NCBI GenBank assembly: GCA_965240325.2
Contig: OZ251246.1
Coordinates: forward strand, 124,001-188,000
Length of the DNA: 64,000 nt
Source of the DNA: Rebecca billardiae RCC1528
Lineage: Eukaryota > Protista > Haptophyta
Direction of reading: 5' to 3'
Of this stretch, positions 36,901 to 50,000 are shown in pieces. The stretch's first letter is position 1. Every line of letters starts with the position of its first letter. The translations under genes were made by a program, and so were the position numbers. The notes below the pieces were generated by a model, which made no database searches, was not told the DNA's origin, and saw only the letters and a list, made by a program, of their open reading frames with translations.

Positions 36901-37990
36901 TCGAGGCCTGCACGGTGAGCTGCGCGTCGGCCTGCGCGCCGCCGCGCTCGTCGTCCAGCTGCGCGGCCACGTTGGTCACGAACGGGTTGCCGCCGCGGTT
37001 GATCAGGTCGTTCACGAACACGGACAGCACCGCCGGCTGCGAGCCGGTCGGCGCGGCGCCGAGCACGCTGAAGGTGACGCTCAGCAGCTCCACGTCCGTG
37101 CCCGTCACGTCGGCGTCGTCCGTCGAGGCGGGCACGCCCGAGACGAGGATGCCGAGCTCGCCCGTCGCGTCCGGGTCCTCCGGGCTCACCGTCGGCGTGT
37201 TGTACGCCGACGCCACCGCCGTCGAGCCGTACGAGAGCACGGCCGGGTCGTAGCTGAACGTGAGGCGGAACGAGGTGCACGGGAAGCCGCCCGTGTGCGC
37301 GTACGCCGTCGCGACGATCGTGTCGGAGTGGAAGCGGGGCGAGTGGGCGAAGTCGACGCGCACGCCGGCGGCGGAGAGCGGCGTGTGCGTCGGGCTCTGC
37401 GCGAGCGCGATCGCCGAGCTCAGCGCCGCGCCCACCGAGCCGCCGCCCGACGGCGTCGCCGTGACGCTCACGTGCAGCGCGCGCGCCTCCGACTGGGAGA
37501 ACCACGAGGGCGCGACGCTGTGCGAGCACTCGGCGAGGCCGCTCGTCTGGTCGGCCGCGGCGCACGAGACGGTGGTCGAGTCGCCCGCCGTGCTCTGCAG
37601 CGTGAGGCTCACGCCCAGCCCCGACAGCTGCACGTTCGTCCGCCCCGACTCGTCGCGCAGCTGGTAGGTCACCGCCACGTCCGCGCGGTCGGCGTACACG
37701 ACCGCCGTGCGCACCCACGCGCGCACGCTCGCCGGGTCGCGCCGCTGCACGCGGAAGGCGGAGTTGCCCGAGATGGAGGTGATCAGCGCGTCGGAGCCGC
37801 TGAAGCCGGAGAGCGCGCCGCGCAGCACGCCGCGCTCGTTCGGCGTGTTCCCCGCGAAGAAGCCGAAGCCGCCCGCGTGCTGCGCGCCGCTCGACGACTC
37901 GGTGCCCGGCACGCGCCGGCCGAGGGTGAGCACGGACGAGTACACGAGCGCGTGCGCGCCCTCGACCAGCTGCTCGGCCGTGTACGAGAG

Positions 37991-38025
<35 letters not shown>

Positions 38026-41000
38026 GGCTGGGCGAGGCGAGCGCCGGCGGCGGCGGCGAGGGCGGCGGCGAGGGGAGCGGCGAGGGCGGCGGCGAGGGCG
38101 GCGGCGAGGGCAGCGGCGAGGGCGGCGGCGAGGGCGGCGGCGCCGGCGGCGGCGGTGCCGGCGGCGGGCTGGGCGGCGGTGCCGGCGGCGCGCTGGGCGG
38201 AGGAGAAGGCGGCGGCGCCGGCGGCGGGCTCGGCGGCGGCATCGGAGGCGGCGACGGCGGGGGCCGCGGCGGCGGCGGCTGTGGCGGCGGCGACGGTGGC
38301 GGCGACGGCGGAGGGGCTGGCGGCGGCGATGGCGGCGGTGTCGGCGTTGGCGCCGGCGGAGGCGATGGCGGCGGCAATGGCGGCGGGCTCGGCGGCGGGC
38401 TTGGCGGCGATGGCGGCGGGAATGGCTGCGCACGCGGTGGCGGCGGAGGCAGCGGCGGCGGGCTCGGCGGGGGCGAGGGCGGCGGGCGTGGCGGAGGAGA
38501 CGGCGGAGGCAGCGGTGGCGGCGGGCTCGGCGGCGGGCGCGGCGGCGGGCTCGGCGGCGGGCTCGGCGGCGGGCTCGGCGGCGGCGACGGCACCGCGGCG
38601 GGCGGCGGCGGGCTCGGCGGCGGGCTCGGCGGTGGGCTCGGCGGCGGGCTCGGTGGCGCCGACGGCGGAGGCGACGGCGGCGGGCTCGGCGGCGGCGCAG
38701 GAGGCGGCGACGGCGGCGGCAACGGTGGCGGCAACGGCGGCAGGCCCGGCGGCGGGCTGGGCGGAGGCGACGGCGGTGGCGCCGGCGGTGGGCGCGGCGG
38801 CGGCAGCGGCGAGGGCGGCGGCGAGGGCGGCGGCGAGGGCGGCGGCGAGGGCGGCGGGCTCGGCGGCGAGGGCGGCGGGAACGGCTCGGAACGCGGCGGC
38901 GGTGGCGGCTGAGGCGGCGGGCTCGGCGGTGGCGACGGCGGCGCGCTCGGAGGAGGAGACGGTGGCGGCAGGGGCGGCGGTGGCGAGGGCGGCGGACGTG
39001 GCGGCGCGGCCGGCGGCGGGGAAGGAGGCGGCAGCGGCGAAGCCGCTGGCGGTGGCGGGCTCGGCGGAGGCGAGGGCGGGGCCTGTGGCGGTGGCGACGG
39101 TGGCGGCGATGGCGGCGGCGATGGCGGCGGAGAGGGCGGCGGCGATGGCGGCGGGCTCGGCGGAAACGGCGGCGGGAACGGCTCCGTTCGCGGAGGCGGC
39201 GGCGGCGCCGGCGGAGGGGCCGGCGGCGGCGATGGTGGCGGCGATGGCGGCGGCGATGGCGGCGGCGATGGCGGCGGTGGCGTCGGCGGCGCGCGCGGAG
39301 GGGGGCTGGGCGGGGGGCTGGGCGGCGGGAGTGGCGCCAACCCAGGCGGTGGAGACGGAGGCGGGCTGGGCGGCGGCGCAGGCGGCAGCGCAGGCGGCGG
39401 CGATGGCGGCGGCGATGGCGGCGGGCTGGGCGGCGACGGAGGCGGGAACGGCTCCGTGCGCGGCGGAGGTGGCGGCGCAGGCGGCGGGCTCGGAGGTGGC
39501 GACGGCGGCGGGCTCGGCGGAGGCGATGGCGGAGGGGTTGGCGGTGGCGGCGACGGTGGCGGCGAAGGCGGGGCCACGGGCGGCGGACTCGGCGGCGGCG
39601 CCGGCGGCGGGGAAGGCGGCGGCACTGGCACTGCAACTGGCGGCGGCGGGCTCGGCGGCGGGCTCGGCGGCGGGCTCGGCGGAGGGCTCGGCGGCGGCGA
39701 AGGTGGAGGGCTCGGCGGTGGCGCCGGCACCAGGCCGGGTGGCGGCGGGCTGGGCGGCGGGGACGGCGGAGGCGCGGGCGGCAGCGAGGGCGGCGGACTA
39801 GGCGGCGGGGCAGGCGGTGGCGACGGTGGCGACGCGGGCGGTGGCGATGGCGGTGGCGATGGCGGGAATGTGGGCGGTGGCGAGGGCGGCGGACTCGGTG
39901 GCGGCGACGGAGGCGACGGAGGCGGGAACGGCTCCGTGCGCGGCGGAGGTGGCGGCGCAGGCGGCGGGCTCGGAGGTGGCGACGGCGGCGGGCTCGGCGG
40001 AGGCGATGGCGGAGGGGTTGGCGGTGGCGGCGACGGTGGCGGCGAAGGCGGGGCCACGGGCGGCGGACTCGGCGGCGGCGCCGGCGGCGGGGAAGGCGGC
40101 GGCACTGGCACTGCAACTGGCGGCGGCGGGCTCGGCGGCGGGCTCGGTGGCGGGCTCGGCGGAGGGCTCGGTGGCGGCGACGGAGGAGGGCTCGGCGGTG
40201 GCGCCGGCACCAGGCCAGGTGGCGGCGGGCTGGGCGGCGGGGACGGCGGAGGCGCGGGCGGCAGCGAGGGCGGCGGACTAGGCGGCGGGGCAGGCGGTGG
40301 CGACGGTGGCGACGCGGGCGGTGGCGATGGCGGTGGCGATGGCGGGAATGTGGGCGGTGGCGAGGGCGGCGGACTCGGTGGCGGCGACGGAGGCGACGGA
40401 GGCGGGAACGGCTCCGTGCGCGGCGGAGGTGGCGGCGCAGGCGGCGGGCTCGGAGGTGGCGACGGCGGCGGGCTCGGCGGAGGCGATGGCGGAGGGGTTG
40501 GCGGTGGCGGCGACGGTGGCGGCGAAGGCGGGGCCACGGGCGGCGGACTCGGCGGCGGCGCCGGCGGCGGGGAAGGCGGCGGCACTGGCACTGCAACTGG
40601 CGGCGGCGGGCTCGGCGGCGGGCTCGGTGGCGGGCTCGGCGGAGGGCTCGGTGGCGGCGAAGGTGGAGGGCTCGGCGGTGGCGCCGGCACCAGGCCGGGT
40701 GGCGGCGGGCTGGGCGGCGGGGACGGCGGAGGCGCGGGCGGCAGCGAGGGCGGCGGGCTAGGCGGCGGGGCAGGCGGTGGCGACGGTGGCGACGCGGGCG
40801 GTGGCGATGGCGGTGGCGATGGCGGGAATGTGGGCGGTGGCGAGGGCGGCGGACTCGGCGGCGGCGACGGAGGCGACGGAGGCGGGAACGGCTCCGTGCG
40901 CGGCGGAGGTGGCGGCGCAGGCGGCGGGCTCGGAGGTGGCGACGGCGGCGGGCTCGTCGGAGGCGATGGCGGAGGGGTTGGCGGTGGCGGCGACGGTGGC

Positions 41001-44000
41001 GGCGAAGGCGGGGCCACGGGCGGCGGACTCGGCGGCGGCGCCGGCGGCGGGGAAGGCGGTGGCACTGGCACTGCAACTGGCGGCGGCGGGCTCGGCGGCG
41101 GGCTCGGCGGCAGGCTCGGCGGAGGGCTCGGTGGCGGCGACGGAGGAGGGCTCGGCGGTGGCGCCGGCACCGGGTCAGGTGGCGGCGGGCTGGGCGGCGG
41201 GGACGGCGGAGGCGCGGGCGGCAGCGAGGGCGGCGGGCTAGGCGGCGGGGCGGGCGGAGGCGACGGTGGCGACGCGGGCGGTGGCGATGGCGGTGGCGAT
41301 GGCGGGAATGTGGGCGGTGGCGAGGGCGGCGGACTCGGCGGCGGCGACGGAGGCGACGGAGGCGGGAACGGCTCCGTGCGCGGCGGAGGTGGCGGCGCAG
41401 GCGGCGGGCTCGGAGGTGGCGACGGCGGCGGGCTCGGCGGAGGCGATGGCGGAGGGGTTGGCGGTGGCGGCGACGGTGGCGGCGAAGGCGGGGCCACGGG
41501 CGGCGGACTCGGCGGCGGCGCCGGCGGCGGGGAAGGCGGTGGCACTGGCACTGCAACTGGCGGCGGCGGGCTCGGCGGCGGGCTCGGCGGCAGGCTCGGC
41601 GGAGGGCTCGGTGGCGGCGACGGAGGAGGGCTCGGCGGTGGCGCCGGCACCGGGTCAGGTGGCGGCGGGCTGGGCGGCGGGGACGGCGGAGGCGCGGGCG
41701 GCAGCGAGGGCGGCGGGCTAGGCGGCGGGGCGGGCGGAGGCGACGGTGGCGACGCGGGCGGTGGCGATGGCGGTGGCGATGGCGGGAGTGCCGGCGGTGG
41801 CGATGGCGGCGGCGACGGCGGCGGGGCTGGAGGCGACGGAGGCGGGAACGGCTCCGTGCGCGGCGGAGGCGGCGGGGCCGGCGGTGGGCTCGGTGGTGGC
41901 GACGGCGGCAGGCTCGGCGGCGGCGATGGCGGCGGAACCGGTGGCGGCGGACTCGGGGGTGGACGCGGTGGCGGGCTCGGCGGCGGGCTCGGCGGCGGTG
42001 CGGGCGGTGGGTATGGCGGTGGCGTCGGCACAGCAGCGGGAGGTGGTGGGCTCGGTGGCGGACTCGGCGGCGGGCTTGGTGGCGGGCTGGGCGGCGGCGA
42101 CGGTGGCGGCGCGGGAGGCGCCCCAGGTGGCGGCGAAGGTGGCGGCGACGGCGGAGGCGAAGGCGGCGGCAGCGGCGTCTCCAGCGGTGGTGGCGGGCTC
42201 GGCGGTGGCGACGGCGGCGGGGATGGCGGCGGCGCAGGCGGCGGCGAGGGCGGCGCGCTCGGCGGTGGCGACGGTGGCGGCACCGGCGGCGGCGGCGACG
42301 GCGGCGGCGACGGCGGAGGCAAAGGCGGTGGGCTGGGTGGCGGTGCCGGCGGCGACGGAGGCGGGAACGGATCCGTGCGCGGCGGCGGCGGCGGCTGTGG
42401 TGGCGGGCTCGGCGGCGGAGACGGCGGCGGCGTCGGAGGCGGCGGGCTCGGTGGCGGACGCGGTGGCGGAGAAGGCGGCGGGCTCGGCGGTGGCGACGGC
42501 GGCGGCGACGGCGGCGGTGTAGGCACCGCAGCCGGCGGCGGCGGGCTCGGTGGTGGGCTGGGCGGCGGGCTCGGAGGCGGGCTGGGCGGCGGCGACGGTG
42601 GCGGCGCGGGCGGCGCCCCAGGCGGCGGCGAAGGTGGCGGCGACGGCGGAGGCGACGGAGGCGGCAACGGCGTCTCCAGCGGTGGCGGAGGGCTCGGCGG
42701 TGGCGACGGCGGCGGCGATGGCGGCGGCAAAGGCGGCGGCGAGGGCGGCGCGCTTGGCGGTGGCGACGGTGGCGGCACTGGCGGCGGCGGCGACGGCGGC
42801 GGCGACGGCGGAGGCGAAGGAGGTGGGCTGGGTGGCGGTGCCGGCGGCGACGGAGGCGGGAACGGATCCGTGCGCGGCGGCGGCGGCGGCTGTGGTGGCG
42901 GGCTCGGCGGCGGAGACGGCGGCGGTGACGGCGGCGGGGACGGCGGCGGCGTCGGAGGCGGCGGGCTCGGTGGCGGACGCGGTGGCGGAGAAGGCGGCGG
43001 GCTCGGCGGTGGCGACGGCGGAGGCGACGGCGGCGGTGTAGGCACCGCAGCCGGCGGCGGCGGGCTCGGTGGCGGGCTGGGAGGCGGGCTCGGCGGCGGG
43101 CTGGGCGGCGGCGACGGTGGCGGCGCGGGCGGCGCCCCAGGCGGCGGCGAAGGTGGTGGCGACGGCGGAGGCGACGGAGGCGGCAACGGCGTCTCCAGCG
43201 GTGGAGGCGGGCTCGGCGGTGGCGACGGAGGTGGCGACGGCGGCGGCGCAGGCGGCGGCGAGGGCGGCGCGCCTGGCGGTGGCGACGGTGGCGGCACCGG
43301 TGGCGGCGGCGACGGTGGAGGAGACGGCGGCGGTGAAGGCGGTGGGCTCGGCGGCGGAGCCGGAGGCGACGGCGGCGGGAACGGATCCGTGCGCGGCGGC
43401 GGCGGCGGCGCAGGCGGCACGCTCGGCGGCGGCGAAGGTGGCGGGGACGGCGGCGGAGACGGTGGCGGAGCCGGAGGCGGCGGACTCGGCGGCGGCGTCG
43501 GAGGCGGGCTCGGCGGTGCTGACGGCGGAGTCGACGGTGGCGGTGACGGTGGCGGCACCGGCACGGCCGCTGGCGGTGGAGGGCTCGGCGGCGGCCTCGG
43601 TGGCGGGCTCGGCGGCGGCGATGGCGGCGGCGACGGCGGCGGCGCGGGCGGTGCCCCAGGCGGCGGCGAAGGCGGCGGTGCTGGTGGCGGTGATGGTGGT
43701 GGCAATGGCGTCGCAACCGGTGGCGGCGGGCTCGGCGGCGGCGATGGAGGCGGCGAGGGCGGTGGCGAGGGCGGTGGCGAAGGCGGGGCGCGTGGCGGCG
43801 GAGATGGCGGCGGCACCGGCGGCGGAGGAGAAGGCGGCGGCGACGGCGGTGGAGATGGCGGTGGGCTTGGCGGCGGTGACGGAGGCGACGGCGGCGGGAA
43901 CGGCTCTGCACGTGGCGGTGGCGGCGGCTGCGGCGGCGGGCTAGGCGGCGGCGACGGCGGCGGGCTGGGCGGAGGAGACGGTGGCGGCGCCGGTGGTGGC

Positions 44001-47000
44001 GGGCTCGGCGGTGGCCGCGGCGGAGGGCTCGGCGGCGCGCTCGGTGGCGGGCTTGGTGGCGGAGACGGCGGCGGGGCGGGCGCAGCCACTGGCGGCGGTG
44101 GGCTTGGCGGGGGACTCGGAGGCGGGCTCGGCGGTACAGACGGAGGCGGCGACGGTGGAGGTGCCGGCGGCGCGGCAGGTGGCGGCGACGGCGGCGGTGC
44201 TGGGGGGAGCGACGGTGGGGGCGACGGCGGCGGCGCAGGCGAGCCCATCGGTGGCGGCGGGCTCGGCGGTGGCGATGGCGGCTGCGACGGTGGTGGCGAA
44301 GGCGGAGGGGCAGGCGGCGGGGACGGAGGTGGCTTGGGTCCCGGCGGCGGGGACGGTGGCGGGGTGGGCGGTGGGCTGGGCGGCGGAGCCGGGATTGGTG
44401 GTGGCGATGGCGGCGGCGCGGGCGGTGGCGACGGCGGCGGCTGCGGCGGTGGCGAAGGGGGCGGCAGCAGAGGCAGCGGTGGCGGCGATGGAGGCGGCGA
44501 TGGCGGTGGGGATGGTGGTGGCGACGGCGGTGGCAGAGGTGGCGGGGCTGGTGGCGGCGCCGGAGGCGGCGGACTCGGCGGTGGCGCCGGAGGCGGCGGC
44601 GACGGTGGCGGTAGCGGTGGCGGTGGCAGCGGAGGCCCAATCACCACTGTCGAGAGCAGCGGCGTGAACGTGTACAGGAAGTCGGCGTAGAACTGCGCGG
44701 ACGAGCCGAGGAACGGGAACTTGCGGTCGTCAGCGCCGTTGCCCAGCGCGTCCGTCGTCTCGATCATCACAGCAACGCCCAACGACCCGCTGAGCGCCTG
44801 CGGCCACCCGCCGCTCGGGTACACGCCCACGCTGAACACGCCATTGGCGTACTCACCGCGCCCCACCCAGTAGCCTTCGGTCGACGTGCCGTTGTCCGTG
44901 CCGTTCACGTACACTGGCGTGTATGACGCAGTGGCCGCGCCGATCTCGAAGAAGACGCTCGTCTGGCTGTCGTCGGCGACGGTGTTGTCGTCCTTTGTCA
45001 CGACGACGGACACCACGAGCGGGTCGCTCGTGCCGACGCCAACGGCCCCCGACGTGATGCTGTAGCTCGTCAGGAAGCGGTACTTGCCCGCGACTGTGCG
45101 CAGCAGGTACTGCGCATCCTGCGCGCCCGTGCTGTTGTCCAGCGTCGGGTCGAGCGCGGATGCGCACGTCGTCAGCCCGGACACGCCGACGATGTACTGC
45201 GAGAGCACGCGCACGTCGAATGAGGTCAGGGCGCAGTCACCGTTCACATCGCCGGCAACGCCAGCCGAGCAGCCCGAGCACTCCGCCAGCCGCCGCACGC
45301 GCGCCGCCCGGCTCGACTCGGTCGGCACAAACAGGGGCGGCACGTACTCAGCGGCCAGCGCGAGCGCGCGCCGCCGGCTGACGGTCGTCGTGAGGCCGCC
45401 TGCGCCCGCGAAGAGTTCGGCGTTCTGCACGCGCGTCTCGGTCGCGCCCTGCACGGTCACGAGCTCGACGATGCTTCCCGTCAGCGACGTGCTCGCCGAG
45501 GACAGCACGTCGAATGTGACGGAGCCGATCGAGGCGGCAGTGCCGCTGGTGATCTGCGATGCCGTGTTGCCCACAAACCTGACCTCGTTCAGCGGATCGT
45601 TGATCGTGCACTCGGCCCACGAGAGCGTGCTGCACGACGTCGCGACCAGGACAGCGCTGTCGATGGCCAGCTCGATCTGGAAGTTGACCAGGTACTCCGA
45701 GCCGCCACCCGTGTTCACGCGCACGGGCACCGTCAGCGAGTTGCCAGACTGCTGGAACTGCAGTCCGCTCGCTGAGCCGAGGTCCACGTCGTACGTGCCA
45801 GGCTGCAGGTTCGCCGTCACGTCGAGGGCGTCGGCCACCGCGCCGGCATCGCGCGACGTCGCGGTGATCGAGTTCGCCGCGTCACGGCTGTTGCCGGCGA
45901 TCGTCACCACGCCGTTCGGGTCGACGCCGAGCACGGCCGCGTCGTCGCTCTCAAAGCTGAGCACCTCTGACACGCTCACGTACCCCAGCGACATCAGGTT
46001 GGTGTACTGCACGCTGTCCTCGAGCGTGACGAGCGCGCTCAGCGTGCTCGACGTGCCGTTGGTGGCCAGCAGCGACGCGCCGGACGTCAAGCCGCCCAGG
46101 CCCAGCGTCAGCGCCGTCACCTTCACCGCCGTCGCGTCGACGTAGACGGTGGCTGACGCTGTGAGCGTGCCCCACGTCGCGTTGATGAGCGCAACGCCCG
46201 CGCCCACGCCGATGACAGTGCTGCCCGACGTGGTCGCGACGAGCGTGTTGTTCGACGCCAGCACCACCTCTGCGGCCAGCAGCGTGGGCGAGATCACCGT
46301 GCCGTCGCTTAGCGCGGCCGATGGCGTCGTGGCCGTGCGCTGGAACGTGGTGGACGCGCCGATCAGCCCGAGCGTGTCGTCGTCGAGCGTGATCTCGAAT
46401 GACGCGCCAGCAGCCGTCACGACCGGCACCTCGACGAAGCCATTCAGGAGGTACGAGTCGACGAAGACGGTCACGTTGAGCGCAGTGCACGTTGCACCGC
46501 TCGCCATCGTCACCTCGTTCACGCCGTCGAATGTGGCGCACGACGACGGCACCGAGAGCGTGATGTTGGTGCGCGGGTCGGTGGTGAAGTCCACCTGCGA
46601 CTCGTCTTCAAACGTGACCGTGATCGTGACGGTGAGCGACGTGGGCAGCGACGTCGGCGGCTCGGCAGCAGGGTCGCCCGGCACGGTCACCTTGGCGGCC
46701 GATGTGCTCACGCCCACGCTCACCGCGTTCGGCAACTCTAGATCCACGCGCGCGCGGCCCGTCGCGAGCACGGCGCTGCACGAATCGATCCAGCTCGCGT
46801 CGAGGAGCAGGCCCTCCTGCGACGTGGCAAACGTTGCCACGGTAGCCGTCCACGGCGACGATGCGTCGCCCGGCGCACCGACGGTGAGACTCGACGTGCG
46901 GCTCGTCAGCGTGACCTCAGTCGACGGCACGAGCTCGTACGAGCCGTCGCCGAGGTACGCGTACGTGTACACGCTCACCGTCTGCCCTTCGGCCGTGAGC

Positions 47001-50000
47001 GTCTGCCCGAGAGCAGCCGACGCGTCGAAGCCGCTCGTCGCGCCCACACTCAGCGTCGACGGCGGCGAGTCGACGAACGCGATCGAATTGAACGCCACGG
47101 GCCGGAGCGATGCGACAAGGCGCTCCACGTCCGTCGACACCACGATCGTCGACGAGATCGACGGGCTCGAGCCGGATGCGCTGATCGCAGCCGAGCCGAC
47201 GCCCACGCCCGTCACCGTCACCACGCCGGTCGTGCCGGACGTGGAGATGCTCGCGACGCCGGCGTCGCCCGAGGCGAGCGTCGCCTCGCGCGTCACGTCC
47301 ACGTTGCTCACCGTGCTCAGACCCGTGCCGCCAAACGACGCGACGAGGCTGGCCGTCGTCGACTGGAACGCCTGCGTGCCGCACTGGCCGGGCTGCGACG
47401 CGCCCTTGATGGCGAAGAGCGTACCGTACCCGAAGCGGATCTCTGCGGACAGCGGGTGCCACACGCGCAGCGGCACGCTCGCGACCACCGCGCCGCTCGA
47501 GACGCGCGTCACGTTCACGAGAGTCGTCGCGGCGCCCGACGTGCTCGAGCTGCTCGCCACCACCGTGCACGGCGACCCTGAGCTGATGCCGAGCACGCTC
47601 GAGTCGAGCGCGAGGCACGAGTAGCCGCTCGACTGAGTGGCAGACGCAGTGGCGGCGCGGCTGTACAGCTCGAGCACGCTGAGCGCGGTGGTCACGTCGG
47701 TGCCGGAGAGCGGCGCGGTGTTGACTAGCTCGCCCGAGGCGACGTATGCGAGCCAGCCCTGCACCGCCACGGTCTCGACCACGAGCGTGCCGCTCGCTGA
47801 CGCGCCGTCGTCCGCGTCGGCAACCACGCCCGCCTGCTCGCTCACGTACACCTGCGTCGCGTCGTTCACGTACTGCTCGATCTCGACCGAGATGGCGCCG
47901 GCGTAGCTGCCAGCGGAGGCACCACCGGCCACGCTCATCGTCAGCGTGATCAGCTCCACGGCCGTACCGGTCACCTGCGCGTTGGTCGTGCCACCGGTGA
48001 GCCCCGTCGCGATGATCGACACGAGGCCGGCCGCGTTGTCGTTCACCTCCGGTGAGTTGTACGTGCTCGCGACCGACGTGCTGGCGACGCTGAGCACGCT
48101 CGAGTTGTACGCAATGTTGATCTGCCAGGTGATCAGCGCGACGCCACCCGTGTGCGCGTACAACACCAGCTCGAAGCTGTCGCCCGCGAACACGGGCGAC
48201 TGCGCCATCTGGCCCAGCAGGCCGACCGATGGGAGTGTGTACGCGGTCGGGCTCTCGGCGAGCGTGATCGCGCCCGCACGAGAGCACGAGTCGACTGTGC
48301 CGCCGCCGTAGTTGAAGTCGACGAGCACGTCGACGCTGCCCGCTGCGGCCGTGCTGAACCAGCCCGAGCTCACGGTGGCCGAGCACTCGCCCACGCCCGT
48401 CGTCGCGCTCGGCGAGCCGCACGAGAAGCTCTGGTCGGAGCCGCCCACCAGCGACAGCGTCAGGCTCACGCTCAGACCCGTGGTGAGCACGGACGAGCGG
48501 TGCGCCGCATCGCGAAGCTGGTACGCGACGCGCACGCCCGCGCGGTCCGCGTACGCCGTCGGCGTGCGCACCGCGCAGTCCACGCTCGCCGCCTGCTCGG
48601 CGGTCACGCTGTAGCTGCTCGCCACGCCGAGATCGATGCCGTGCGACGCGGCGCGCACCGTGCCGGACGCGCCCACAGACGCGCCCGCCAAGAAGCCCAC
48701 CGTCAAGTTGTGCCGGTTGCCGGCGCTGCTGACCGTGCCGTGCACAGCCGCGCCCGGGCTGCTGCTCGTCGTGTACAGCGTGATCTGCGCGTCTGAGACC
48801 AGCGCGTCCGCGCCGAACACGAACGGCGGAAGCGGCGGCGACGGCGGCGACGGCGGCGGGAATGGCAGCGTGCGCGGCGGTGGCGGGCTTGGTGGCGCCG
48901 GCGGCGGGAACGGCGGCGGCGGGCTAGGCGGCGGCGCAGGTGGTGGGCTAGGCGGCGGCGTCGGCGGCGGATGCGGCTGTGGCGGAGGCGGGGACGGCGG
49001 CGGCGAGGGCGGCGGGGACGGCGGAGGGCTCGGTGGCGGTTTTGGCCCGGGCACTGGTGGTGGCGGGCTCGGCGGCGGACTGGGAGGTGGGCTCGGTGGC
49101 GGGAAGGGCGGAGGTTGGGGGAATGGCGGCGGCGGCGAAGGCGGCGGCACAGGCGGCGGGCTGGGAGGCGCTTGCGGCGGGGGGCTAGGTGGCGGGCTGG
49201 GCGGCGGGCTGGGCGGCTGTGAAGGAGGCGGGGGCGACGGAGGCGGCAATGGCGGGGAATGTGGGGGCGGGCTCGGTGGCGGCCCCGGTGGCGGGGATGG
49301 CGGCGGCAACGGCACCGCGACGGGCGGCGGCGGGCTGGGCGGCGGGATTGGTGGCAGCACTGGAGGCGGCGACGGCGGCGGCGCGGGTGGTGGCGCAGGA
49401 GGCGCCGAGGGTGGCGGCAGAGGCGGGGGCGACGGTGGTGGAAGAGGAGTGGCAGCCGGCGGTGGGCTCGGGGGCGGCGTCGGTGGTAGCAATGGCGGTG
49501 GGGACGGCGGTGGCGACGGCGGCGGAGATGGCGGAGGCAAGGGCGGAGGGAGCGGCGGGGGTGAAGGCGGCAGTGACGGGGGCGGCAGCGGGGGCGGTGA
49601 TGGCGGCGGCGACGGCGGTGACGGCGGCGGAAATGGCTCCGAGCGAGGCGGTGGCGGCGGCTGTGGCGGTGGACTCGGCGGTGGGGAGGGCGGCGGGCTT
49701 GGCGGCGGAGACGGTGGCGGTGACGGAGGCGGCGGACTTGGTGGCGGACTTGGCGGCGGGCTCGGTGGCGGGCTAGGGGGAGGGGATGGCGGTGGCGACG
49801 GTGGTGGCACAGGCAGAGCAGCAGGCGGAGGCGGGCTCGGTGGCGGGCTCGGCGGCGGGCTCGGGGGCGCGCTCGGCGGTGGCGACGGTGGCGGTGCCGG
49901 AGGCGTCGCAGGCGGAGGGGACGGTGGCGGTGCTGGCGGCGGCGATGGCGGCGGCCGCGGCGTCACCACCGGTGGTGGCGGGCTTGGCGGCGGCGACGGT

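Noticed and set aside
39451-41850. Regular repeats considered as CRISPR-like or satellite DNA
   Set aside because: There are no unique spacers; the units are in-frame coding repeats in a eukaryotic gene.
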